IMG/VR virus record: IMGVR_UViG_3300037308_000082
Span: 1-50,965 of that record
Strand: one strand, 5' to 3'
From: a virus
Taxonomy: Duplodnaviria > Caudoviricetes
Length of the DNA: 50,965 nucleotides
Below the pieces are notes generated by a model. The model was not told the origin of the DNA, ran no database searches, and saw only the letters and a program-made list of their open reading frames with translations. Shown here in pieces: positions 32,612 through 40,575 of the stretch (positions are counted from its first letter, which is position 1; every line of letters starts with the position of its first letter). The position numbers were made by a program, and so were the translations under genes.

Positions 32612-32745
32612 AGTCGCATCCGGCGGGCTACCATCTCAGCCTCCGTCGCCGTCGCGTAAAACTCGCCCGAGACGGCAACGATCTCGTTGTTGCTGGCTCG
32701 CATCTGCCAGTACCACCCGTGCCGGTCCTGGTAGACCTCGATCAT
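32593..32745 (-). CDS. DUF1508/YegP-like small protein (50 aa)
   Basis: MIEVYQDRHGWYWQMRASNNEIVAVSGEFY; missed by the ORF track; ATGA overlap. Confidence 0.6.
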   Translation of the reverse strand: MIEVYQDRHGWYWQMRASNNEIVAVSGEFYATATEAEMVARRMRLDGGAP

Positions 32746-33032
32746 CCTTCTTCCACCTTTGGCGGTTCCTCAGTCCTGGCGATCACCAGGTCGCGGGTCA
32801 GCCAGCCGACAAGCCCGCCCACCGCAGCAGCCGCAATGTTCCCGAGGATGGACAGGGCCTCATCAGCCACTCCGTTTGTCTCGGACGCCTCGGCACCCCA
32901 CAGGCCGAACCGCAGCGCCAGCCCCCACAGCGACAGCAGGATGATGCCGACCACGGCGGTGAGGATGACCACGGCCAGGGCGCTGATCGCCTGCCGAGAC
33001 AGGACGTAGTGGTGCTCTTTCGGGTTGCTCAC
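32742..33032 (-). CDS. Holin-like two-TM membrane protein
   Basis: Two hydrophobic helices and a charged C-terminus, in the lysis cassette. Confidence 0.55.
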   Translation of the reverse strand: MSNPKEHHYVLSRQAISALAVVILTAVVGIILLSLWGLALRFGLWGAEASETNGVADEALSILGNIAAAAVGGLVGWLTRDLVIARTEEPPKVEEG

Positions 33033-33145
33033 GCTGGCCACACCCTTCGACAGACTTTCTTGACGGCCACCGCTATGACGACGGCAACCCCGATCCAGCC
33101 CGCGACCCCGAGGGCGAGCGCGAACGCAGCCAGGTAGCCGATCAC
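33029..33145 (-). CDS. Small membrane peptide (38 aa)
   Basis: MIGYLAAFALALGVAGWIGVAVVIAVAVKKVCRRVWPA; coupled. Confidence 0.5.
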   Translation of the reverse strand: MIGYLAAFALALGVAGWIGVAVVIAVAVKKVCRRVWPA

Positions 33146-33225
33146 GGCGTCACCCCCAGCATGGCGACGGCGACGCACAGGGCAGCCAAGGCACCGATCG
33201 CCAGCGCAACCACGACGCCGCGCAT
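33142..33225 (-). CDS. Small membrane peptide (27 aa)
   Basis: MRGVVVALAIGALAALCVAVAMLGVTP; TGATG and GTGA overlaps. Confidence 0.45.
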   Translation of the reverse strand: MRGVVVALAIGALAALCVAVAMLGVTP

Positions 33226-33806
33226 CACAGACCGTCCTGTCTCGACTCGGCCGGAGTGGAGAAGAACTGCTGGTCCGGCTCGACTTCGGGCTCGCCGCCG
33301 CCGTACCGCTCCAGCCACTCCTCTTCTGTGATCGGGTTGCCGTCCTCGTCGTAGTAGCCCTCGGCCGGGAAGTCGGCCTCGTCGATCTCGTCCTGGCAGG
33401 TGCCCTCAAACGACTGCCCCAAGGTCACCACCCCGTAGCGCGGCTCACCGATGATCGTGGACGACATCTGGTTGGCCTGCACCGGGCGGTCAAACGGGAA
33501 CCTGTCGCCCTGCATCATCTCCACGCCACCGTCGTCGAACCGCAGCGTCAGCGTCGGCGGAACCAGGTCACCGATGGACGACACCGGGTAGATGCGCACC
33601 TCGACCAGGCCCTCGTCGGTCACGTCCCACTCGGTGCAGTGGCTCTGCGAGATACCGGCCAGGGTGGTGACGGGCCACTCGGGCTGAGCCTTGGCGAGCC
33701 CGCCGAGTGCGAAGACGAACAGTCCGACGAAGATGCCCGCGATAGCGGCAAACACCAGGAGGCCCAGTGCCCGCCCCGACCGGGGCGCCGCGTGCTGTCC
33801 GCTCAT
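33225..33806 (-). CDS. Membrane-anchored or secreted acidic protein
   Basis: N-terminal TM/signal then acidic domain; directly downstream of the endolysin. Confidence 0.6.
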   Translation of the reverse strand: MSGQHAAPRSGRALGLLVFAAIAGIFVGLFVFALGGLAKAQPEWPVTTLAGISQSHCTEWDVTDEGLVEVRIYPVSSIGDLVPPTLTLRFDDGGVEMMQGDRFPFDRPVQANQMSSTIIGEPRYGVVTLGQSFEGTCQDEIDEADFPAEGYYDEDGNPITEEEWLERYGGGEPEVEPDQQFFSTPAESRQDGL

Positions 33807-33807
33807 C

Positions 33808-34503
33808 TCAGGGGAAGATCCTGATGCCCGTACCCGCGAACATCGCCGCCGTCTGCTTCGGCCCGCAGGACTTGCCGGTGTTGTACGGCGCGGGCTGGTT
33901 CTTGGACCGCTGCCACGCGGCGAGCGCCCTGGTCGTCTGCCCATTCACCGGCCAGTTGCCCGTCGGTCCGGCAGGGATGGCGAAGCCCAACTGCATCAGC
34001 CGCCGCTGGAGGTTCCACACGCTGTCGCTGTCCCGCGTGCCTTCCCTCAACTTGTTGACGTAGACAGCGTTGTTCTTCCAGCCACTCGGGGACGGGGCAG
34101 GTGTTCCACCCGCGCCGATGCCGGGGATCTTGACTCCGCCCAGGTACTCGGCCCAGCCTGCGTAGGTACGACCCCAGGCGCGGGCAATCTCCTGGATGCC
34201 TGCCTCGGCGACCGGAGCGGTCTGCCCGGCGCGACCGGCACGCGGCCAGTCGGTTGAGCGGCAGCGACCGCCACCGACGCTGATGGCGATGTGGCCGTAC
34301 TGGCCGCCGGTCCAGAACACCGGAACACCGGCCGGAGGACTCGGGTCAGGGCCGTGACGACCCTTTGCGTTGTTCCAAGCCCAGATCGCGGACGGGCCGG
34401 ACCAGGGTGCGGCGAACATCGTCTGGACGAAGTTCAGGCAGTACTGACTCCGGTAGGACGTGTAGCGTCGCGAGTAGGCCACGGCCTCGGCTGCGGATCT
34501 CAT
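33808..34503 (-). CDS. Endolysin (CHAP/NlpC-P60-like Cys peptidase plus peptidoglycan-binding domain)
   Basis: YCLNFV...GVPVFW...YGHIAIS; C-terminal SVWNLQRRL...TTRALAAWQ. Confidence 0.8.
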   Translation of the reverse strand: MRSAAEAVAYSRRYTSYRSQYCLNFVQTMFAAPWSGPSAIWAWNNAKGRHGPDPSPPAGVPVFWTGGQYGHIAISVGGGRCRSTDWPRAGRAGQTAPVAEAGIQEIARAWGRTYAGWAEYLGGVKIPGIGAGGTPAPSPSGWKNNAVYVNKLREGTRDSDSVWNLQRRLMQLGFAIPAGPTGNWPVNGQTTRALAAWQRSKNQPAPYNTGKSCGPKQTAAMFAGTGIRIFP

Positions 34504-34652
34504 GCCTGCTCCTTCTCGTCCAGCGCGATCTCAGCCTGCCACTCAGGCGAGTCCACGTCCGGCAGGTCTGGCTTGAAGTCCTGCTCGTCCGGCGTTTCAG
34601 CACCTTCGGGAAGGTTCTGCTCGCCGTCCTCGGGTGGGGTCTGCTCAGTCAT
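34500..34652 (-). CDS. Acidic 50-aa peptide coupled to the endolysin
   Basis: ATG 6 nt after TATAAT; ATGA overlap with the endolysin start. Confidence 0.5.
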   Translation of the reverse strand: MTEQTPPEDGEQNLPEGAETPDEQDFKPDLPDVDSPEWQAEIALDEKEQA

Positions 34653-34659
34653 AGGCACA

Positions 34660-35076
34660 TTATACCCAGACTGCGCCGTTCCACACTTCTGGTTGGCTCC
34701 ACTGAGCGCCATTCCACAGTTGTGCCGTCGTCCACCCCACTCCATCCCACATCTCGACACCGCTCGGCAGCCGACCAGACCCAGAAAGCGTCACAACAAC
34801 CGTGAGTGCCCCGGAGCCACGTCGGAGGGTGATCCCCTCGCCGAACAGCGCCACGGCCACCAGGAGGGCGCCAGTGCCCGAGAACGAGGGCGCTACGGCC
34901 TGGCCGCTGCCCGCCAGCACGACGGAGGCCGTCAGAGCGCCCGTCCCGGCCCGGACAGACTACCCAGCGCCTGCCAGGGCCACGCTGACGGTCAGGTGGC
35001 CGGTGCCCTGGCCCTCGCCGGGGACGACCTCGCCGGTGCCCGCGAGCGTGACGGTGACGGCCAGGTGCCCGGTGCC
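34660..35076 (-). pseudogene. Remnant 3' end of a tail/virion gene (GTGxLxVxVxLxGxG and WNG repeats) with an internal TAG
   Basis: No own start; in-frame TAG at 34960-34962; repeat pattern continues across the stop. Confidence 0.6.
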
Positions 35077-35213
35077 GCCGCCAGTCGCCAGGCTCGCGTC
35101 GCCACCCACGTCACCGGGAACTCGCTCGTCCGGCTCAGCGTGACGACGCACGCCGCGCAGCGAGCGTGGAAGTCCTGGTCCTGTGCCAGCAGATGCAGGT
35201 CGTAGTAGCCCAT
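34992..35213 (-). pseudogene. Truncated paralog of 38065..38325 fused out of frame to the remnant
   Basis: MGYYDLHLLAQDQDFHARCAAC resembles MSYLALSRIYNDGVLQQRVLAC; degenerates after AAAPG. Confidence 0.55.
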
Positions 35214-35222
35214 CGTGTTTCC

Positions 35223-36767
35223 TCACTGGTCGGCGTAGTAGGTGCAGCAGATGGAGATCCACGTAGCGCTGTAGTTCCCACTCTCCGCCCGGAGGGCTCC
35301 ATCTGCCTGCAGGTTGAGCCGAGCGTAGACATTGGGCCAGGTAGAAGTGGCGAAGATGAGAGACTGCCCAGGCCGGTACCCGACCGGGAGGGTGGCGATG
35401 TGGAGAGCAGTTCCGCTGTCTACCAGACCACGAATCTCGACCTGTCCATTCGCCATCTTCCGATACTGGGGAGCCGAGTAAGCGCTGCCGCCCGCGTAGT
35501 CCCGCCACCCGTTGAGCAACGTCAGGCTCTTCCAGGACGTGTCCGGCGCGAACGGCTGCTCGACCGTGACGTGCTGGATCGTCTCGTGGACGTTGCCCAT
35601 GAAGCGCATCGAGAACTGGGACAGGTGCCAGGACGACGAGTAGCCGTAAACGGTGAGGGCGCCACCCGAGGACTGCCACGCCTGCATCTTGACCTCGTCG
35701 CCCGCCTTCAGCACCAGCAGGGCGGACCCGTCCACGATGGCGTTGCCAGCGCTGAACGCGGCGTGAGCGAACTCGCCGGTCTGGGCGTCCTCGACGTTGT
35801 TGATGACGAACCGGAAGACTCGATGCCCCGTGGCGTTGATGGCGAAGTTCGCCTTGCCGTGGACGAGGTAGGTCCCGGAGATCGGGGCTTTCAGCACGGC
35901 AGGCTTGCTCGCGCTCCACATCTCGGGGAACGACGGGTCCGGCCGGTACGCCGTCCAGAAGTCCAGGTCGTTCCAGCCACCGGAGACGATGCTCTTCGAC
36001 CCGGCACCGCGCAGGATGTAGAGCGGCACACCCGCCTGCGGAGAGGTCTCGGCGCGGGCGTACCGCCACGAGATGTCCCGGATCTTCACCCACCCGGCCT
36101 GCTGCAGGTAGATCGAGACGTAAGGCCGCCAGCGGGCGCACGAGGACGACAGCGTGTACGTCGCGGTGACGACCCGCGAGCCCTTGCCGGTGAGCGAGAC
36201 CTGGACGTTCTCGACGTTCGTGTTCCCGACGAAGAAGTCCGGGTTGACCGCCGGGTCGGTGGTCCACAGGAGAGAGAACTCCGCCAGGCCCTCGACATCG
36301 GTGTCCACGACCATGCGGACCTCGACGGTGCCGCCACCCTCGACCGGGTTGGGGTGCTGGCCGTTGATGCGCGACCACACCTGGGCGTCCTGCCGCATGT
36401 CGATGGCGTTCTCGCCGGGGTAGCGGATCACCTCGGGCGGGTTGCCCCAGAACGTGGACCAGTTCGCCGAGTCTTGGAAGAAGACCTCAGTCGTCGAGCC
36501 GCCCCGGTCCACACCGAGCACGACCACTCGCTTGCCCTGCATCTGCGTCCACACCCGCTGGCCGATGCTCAGCCCGCGAGGGTCGATGAGCATCTGCGGC
36601 GTGTAGGGCAGCGGCCGGGTGTCTCCGTCGAGTCGGAAGCGCGGTGCCGTCCCGGCCTGGGTGACCGTCGCCCAGCGGAACGTCGTGTCCGTCGCCGAGG
36701 GGCCGGGCGTCTGGGCGATGGGGTCCCACGGCAGCCGGGTCAACTCGAACGGGGTCGGTGTCGGCAT
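35223..36767 (-). CDS. Minor tail / receptor-binding protein (C1q-like and distal beta domains)
   Basis: RWATVT N-terminus; LLNGW...PQYRK...IATLPVGYRP C-terminus. Confidence 0.75.
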   Translation of the reverse strand: MPTPTPFELTRLPWDPIAQTPGPSATDTTFRWATVTQAGTAPRFRLDGDTRPLPYTPQMLIDPRGLSIGQRVWTQMQGKRVVVLGVDRGGSTTEVFFQDSANWSTFWGNPPEVIRYPGENAIDMRQDAQVWSRINGQHPNPVEGGGTVEVRMVVDTDVEGLAEFSLLWTTDPAVNPDFFVGNTNVENVQVSLTGKGSRVVTATYTLSSSCARWRPYVSIYLQQAGWVKIRDISWRYARAETSPQAGVPLYILRGAGSKSIVSGGWNDLDFWTAYRPDPSFPEMWSASKPAVLKAPISGTYLVHGKANFAINATGHRVFRFVINNVEDAQTGEFAHAAFSAGNAIVDGSALLVLKAGDEVKMQAWQSSGGALTVYGYSSSWHLSQFSMRFMGNVHETIQHVTVEQPFAPDTSWKSLTLLNGWRDYAGGSAYSAPQYRKMANGQVEIRGLVDSGTALHIATLPVGYRPGQSLIFATSTWPNVYARLNLQADGALRAESGNYSATWISICCTYYADQ

Positions 36768-38068
36768 CAGTCAGCGCTCCGGGCGGAGAACGGCAGCGGT
36801 GCGTGGTCCCAGGCCGCCGTGGCACGGGTGAGGGTAGCGGTGCGGGTGGTCGGCCCGATCTCAAGCATCGTCGTCTGGCACAGCCCGAGCGGGTCGAGCG
36901 GCACGTCGGTGGTCAGCACCAGGCACAGCGTCGAAACGTCCGCCTCAGCGTGGACGTAGCGCACCACGCTATTCACCCGCAGGTCGGGCAGGAAGGCGTG
37001 GGTGATCGAGTAGACCGCACCCACCGAGCGCAGCCGATCGAGTTGCATCTGCGCGTAGAGGTTTAGGTCCGATGCCTCGACCTCCGTCTCGGTGACCGTC
37101 ACCCACCGGCCGCGCTGGACGAACCCCAGCGGGTCGTCGGGGTCCTCGTTGGTGGCGATGCCGACCTGACCGTTGCCCGGCGTGCCGGGCGGCACCGAGC
37201 CGTCGCCCGCCTTGTAGGCGACATAGCGGTTGGGGATGGCGTACCAGTCCAACTCGCGCTTCCAGTCGGGCACCTGGATCGAGTTGGGACCGTCGCCGAG
37301 AGGAGCGAGCAAGTCGTAGACCGGCGAGCGGTCTTTCGGGCTGACGTAGGGCGTCACGCGGAACTGGCCCATGCCGTCCGTCCACAGCGGCATGTAGCCG
37401 CCGATCTGCAGCAGGTCGTTGACGATCTTGAGCCGGGTAGTGCCGATGTCCCAGAACATGTAGTTGGGTGTCACCTGCGAGTCGGGCTTGATGGCCGGGG
37501 TGTCCTCGCCGGTCTCGCCGATCACCGCGAGGATGTGGTCGCGCAGGTTCGAGCCGGACAGGGCCGAGTAGTGCCACGGCTGGCCAGTGTCCGGATCTTC
37601 GGGGATGTCCTGGTCGAGGATTGAGTTCTTGTCCAGCAACTCGACCTCCCAGGACAGCCCCGCGTCCGACCACTGCTCGATGGGCGTCGAGCAGAGGAAC
37701 ACGCCCAGCGGGGTCTCGACGCGCTGGTCGCCGTACTCCTGGATGATCCACGGCCGCAGCCTGATCTGGTCCCAGCGGATGTTCGGGTCGGTCACGTCCT
37801 GGACGGTGATCTTCCCGTTGCCCTTGATCGCCGCATTGGCATCCCACGTCAGCGAGCCCTTGACCTCTGCCGACGTGAGGTAACCCAGCACGTTCTCGGA
37901 GTGGTCGAGCACGTCCAGCCGGAACGACGTGACCCGCGCCCCGGTCAGCGGCTCGAAGCCCTGCTGCTTGACCGACGTGAAGTCGGTGGGCCAGTCGGGC
38001 TTGTGGGTCCAGACCACCACCGGGTCGGCCCACAGCGCCGACGGGTCCTCCCACAGAGCACCGGTCAC
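36767..38068 (-). CDS. Minor tail (hub/baseplate-like) protein
   Basis: LGVFL, ELLDK..IL, LWTDGMGQF, IPNR motifs; GTGA overlap. Confidence 0.75.
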   Translation of the reverse strand: MTGALWEDPSALWADPVVVWTHKPDWPTDFTSVKQQGFEPLTGARVTSFRLDVLDHSENVLGYLTSAEVKGSLTWDANAAIKGNGKITVQDVTDPNIRWDQIRLRPWIIQEYGDQRVETPLGVFLCSTPIEQWSDAGLSWEVELLDKNSILDQDIPEDPDTGQPWHYSALSGSNLRDHILAVIGETGEDTPAIKPDSQVTPNYMFWDIGTTRLKIVNDLLQIGGYMPLWTDGMGQFRVTPYVSPKDRSPVYDLLAPLGDGPNSIQVPDWKRELDWYAIPNRYVAYKAGDGSVPPGTPGNGQVGIATNEDPDDPLGFVQRGRWVTVTETEVEASDLNLYAQMQLDRLRSVGAVYSITHAFLPDLRVNSVVRYVHAEADVSTLCLVLTTDVPLDPLGLCQTTMLEIGPTTRTATLTRATAAWDHAPLPFSARSAD

Positions 38069-38325
38069 GACGTCTCCTGCATCATCCTCTGCACAGCGGA
38101 AAGGATCATCTGGTCCGTGACCACGGCCTCGTTCGCACCGATGTCCTTCTCGCCGGCAACCGTGGCGCTGACCCACGCTGCCACCCAGTCGGAGCCGACG
38201 AGACTCGGGTAGACGACGCTCACCCAGCGCACCGGGTCGGAGACGCCCTCCTGCCGAGCGCACGCGAGGACCCGCTGCTGCAGCACGCCGTCGTTGTAGA
38301 TGCGAGACAGTGCCAGGTACGACAT
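38065..38325 (-). CDS. Small tail-associated protein (86 aa)
   Basis: GAGGAG SD; VTDQMILSAVQ C-terminus. Confidence 0.7.
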   Translation of the reverse strand: MSYLALSRIYNDGVLQQRVLACARQEGVSDPVRWVSVVYPSLVGSDWVAAWVSATVAGEKDIGANEAVVTDQMILSAVQRMMQETS

Positions 38326-38336
38326 GGCTTCTCCTC

Positions 38337-40199
38337 TCAGTAGCGGCTCTTGAACCACTCGTCCAGACGGCGAACGGCGTCAGCAAGCAGCGGAGGCCGG
38401 TACATCAGAAAGATATCCCCGAACGCCGCCGTCCAGCGGCCGTCCGCAGTGACCGCACCGTTGGCGCCCATCAGGGCACCGATGCTCAGGTACAGAGCGT
38501 AGTCCCAGACCGGGTCGGTGGAGGTCCAACCTGACGACGAAGCCACCACCACCCCGTTGTGCCAGATGCTAACCGTGCCCATCGAACGCTGGATCAACGT
38601 CCAGCCCGCCGCATAGGTATCGCCCGAAACGTCGAGAACTCCTCCGCCAGCCAGCAGGGACTCGTAGCGCAGAGCCACCCCGGCGGGACCCGTCGTGACT
38701 TTCACCTGCTGACCGTCGAACACCCCGGTCATGTTGAGCACGGCGAGGTCCGTCCCAACGATCTCTGAGTGAGCGAAGGCGATAGCCCAGTTGGCATGGT
38801 CGATGTTGAGGACGCCTCCAACCTGAAAAGACCCACCGCCGCGCATCAAGTTGGCGTCGTGCGCAGGCTCCAACGTCGTACCCGACCAACACTTGAACTC
38901 CAAGGTCGTCGAAGAGTTGACGACGCAGCCGACTCGACTGTTGCTGGCGTTCCAGCGCTTCGAGTCCACGAACAGGATGTCCTCGATAGCGGGCAGGTCC
39001 GGCACTGCTCCGGCTGGGCGCACGATCCGGTCCACGAAGAACCCCATGCCGGTGGCTCCGTCAGGCTTCTGCGCCAAGTACCCGACCCAGACCGTCCCGT
39101 CACCCGACTGTGCCAGCGAAGCGATGCTGTCCCACTCGTCACGCCGGACCAGCGTGCCGGTGTCCCGGTCGGTGATGGTGATCGTCAGCTGCGGCGTGTA
39201 CGTCGGGTTGTTGACCGTGATGCGGAGCCACTTCCCAACAGGCACATCTCCGCCCGTAGTGCGGGACGGCGGGAGCGGGTTGCTATGCTCCCCGGCAGTC
39301 ACCTTGAACAGGTTGTAGTTGTAGGCCTGCCCAGCCTGGTCGATCCGGTACATGATCCCGTGGCTGCTCAACCCCACCAGAGGGTCGAAGCCGTTGGCGG
39401 GGTTCTTGTAGAACAGCCCCAGGTTGAAGATCGAGCGGTCGTCGTTGAGCTTGAGGAAGTCGATCTCGAGGTCGCAGGACCCGAAGTCCATCATGTCGAA
39501 GGCGTACGTAGACCCTGTTTTCTTGATCGGGCACCAGCCCCCGTTACCGTAACTCACAAGCGAGTACGGGCCGTCCGAGGTGACGCTGGCATGGGGGTTG
39601 ACCGACTGCGCCCAGAAGTGGTTCGGAACTCCTTCAAGGAATGACTGAAGATAGGTGAGACGCTTGGTGGGTGCTGCTGCGGGCAACGGGTAGTCCCGTG
39701 CTGTGAGCCTGCCGGGGTCGGTGGTCATCTCGCCTCGGTACAGGAGGTCCCAGTGCGTCGCGTCGTTGCTCCCGTAGACGTTGAACCGCACCGGGTCGCG
39801 CTCCGCATGGTCGTTCGCCGTCGTCAGCCGGAACCCGCTCGGGACGAAGCGGGTAGGGAACGTGACGTAGACGTAGCCGTGGGTCTTGCTGAAGTTCAGC
39901 CACTTGCCGCCATCAGTGCCGTCCAGGATGCCGCCCGGCCCCTCGGCAGGAGGACTGTCGATAGCAACCCCGAAGGCCGCCCCACCACGCACCGGGGAGG
40001 TACCTACCAGCAGCTCGAAGCCGCCGACCTGGACGCTGTTCGCCGCCGCCCCTCGCAGCTCGACGGGCTGGAAGCGGTACGAGCGGTAGCCGTCCTGTGA
40101 GGGCCACACCTGCTCAGTGCCAAGAAACACCGCCGTCGCCGCATCGGCGCCGACCCGAACGTCTTTGACGAGATCCGACCCAATGCGAAGGCTGCTCAT
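38337..40199 (-). CDS. Tail fiber / receptor-binding protein with discoidin (F5/8C)-like and lectin-like domains
   Basis: N-terminal adaptor VRVG...VFLG..QVWP; TTANDHAERDP..F..YGSND..W motif. Confidence 0.7.
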   Translation of the reverse strand: MSSLRIGSDLVKDVRVGADAATAVFLGTEQVWPSQDGYRSYRFQPVELRGAAANSVQVGGFELLVGTSPVRGGAAFGVAIDSPPAEGPGGILDGTDGGKWLNFSKTHGYVYVTFPTRFVPSGFRLTTANDHAERDPVRFNVYGSNDATHWDLLYRGEMTTDPGRLTARDYPLPAAAPTKRLTYLQSFLEGVPNHFWAQSVNPHASVTSDGPYSLVSYGNGGWCPIKKTGSTYAFDMMDFGSCDLEIDFLKLNDDRSIFNLGLFYKNPANGFDPLVGLSSHGIMYRIDQAGQAYNYNLFKVTAGEHSNPLPPSRTTGGDVPVGKWLRITVNNPTYTPQLTITITDRDTGTLVRRDEWDSIASLAQSGDGTVWVGYLAQKPDGATGMGFFVDRIVRPAGAVPDLPAIEDILFVDSKRWNASNSRVGCVVNSSTTLEFKCWSGTTLEPAHDANLMRGGGSFQVGGVLNIDHANWAIAFAHSEIVGTDLAVLNMTGVFDGQQVKVTTGPAGVALRYESLLAGGGVLDVSGDTYAAGWTLIQRSMGTVSIWHNGVVVASSSGWTSTDPVWDYALYLSIGALMGANGAVTADGRWTAAFGDIFLMYRPPLLADAVRRLDEWFKSRY

Positions 40200-40567
40200 G
40201 TGATCACGTACACCGTCGTAGCGGACTTGCTGCCGATGGCGTCGTACTGTGCCTGAGTGCCTGCCCAGAGCGCGGTGGCCGTTCCGGCCTTGTCCACCTT
40301 CGCCGTCGTCTGCGGGGCGTGGTCGATGGCGTAGTGGTCGTTGTAGGTCAGGTACTGCGGGTGCGGGTCAGGGGCACCCTCGTGCTCGTTCGCCGTGACG
40401 TACTGCGGATGCGGATCGGCGGCGTTCGCGTGCGCGGTGACAGCCGCAGCGGCCGTTCCGGCAGGCTCCTTCTGGGTCACGGTGGTGTGAACAGCACCGG
40501 CCCACTCGGACAGCGACGGAGAATCCAGGGTGTCGCCGGGCTGCCCGTAGTCGGCGGTCGTTGCCAT
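40196..40567 (-). CDS. Tail fiber adaptor (DPHPQY repeats; WAGTQAQYDAI...TVYVI C-terminus)
   Basis: Recognisable phage fiber motifs; ATGA overlap with the next gene. Confidence 0.7.
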   Translation of the reverse strand: MATTADYGQPGDTLDSPSLSEWAGAVHTTVTQKEPAGTAAAAVTAHANAADPHPQYVTANEHEGAPDPHPQYLTYNDHYAIDHAPQTTAKVDKAGTATALWAGTQAQYDAIGSKSATTVYVIT

Positions 40568-40575
40568 GATCACTC

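Noticed and set aside
34960-34962. In-frame TAG as evidence of stop-codon recoding
   Set aside because: Many intact genes (terL, SSB, the 620-aa fiber) end normally at TAG and no suppressor tRNA is visible; decay is simpler.
35223-40199. Diversity-generating retroelement or invertible tail-fiber system
   Set aside because: No reverse transcriptase, invertase or TR/VR repeat pair was found.
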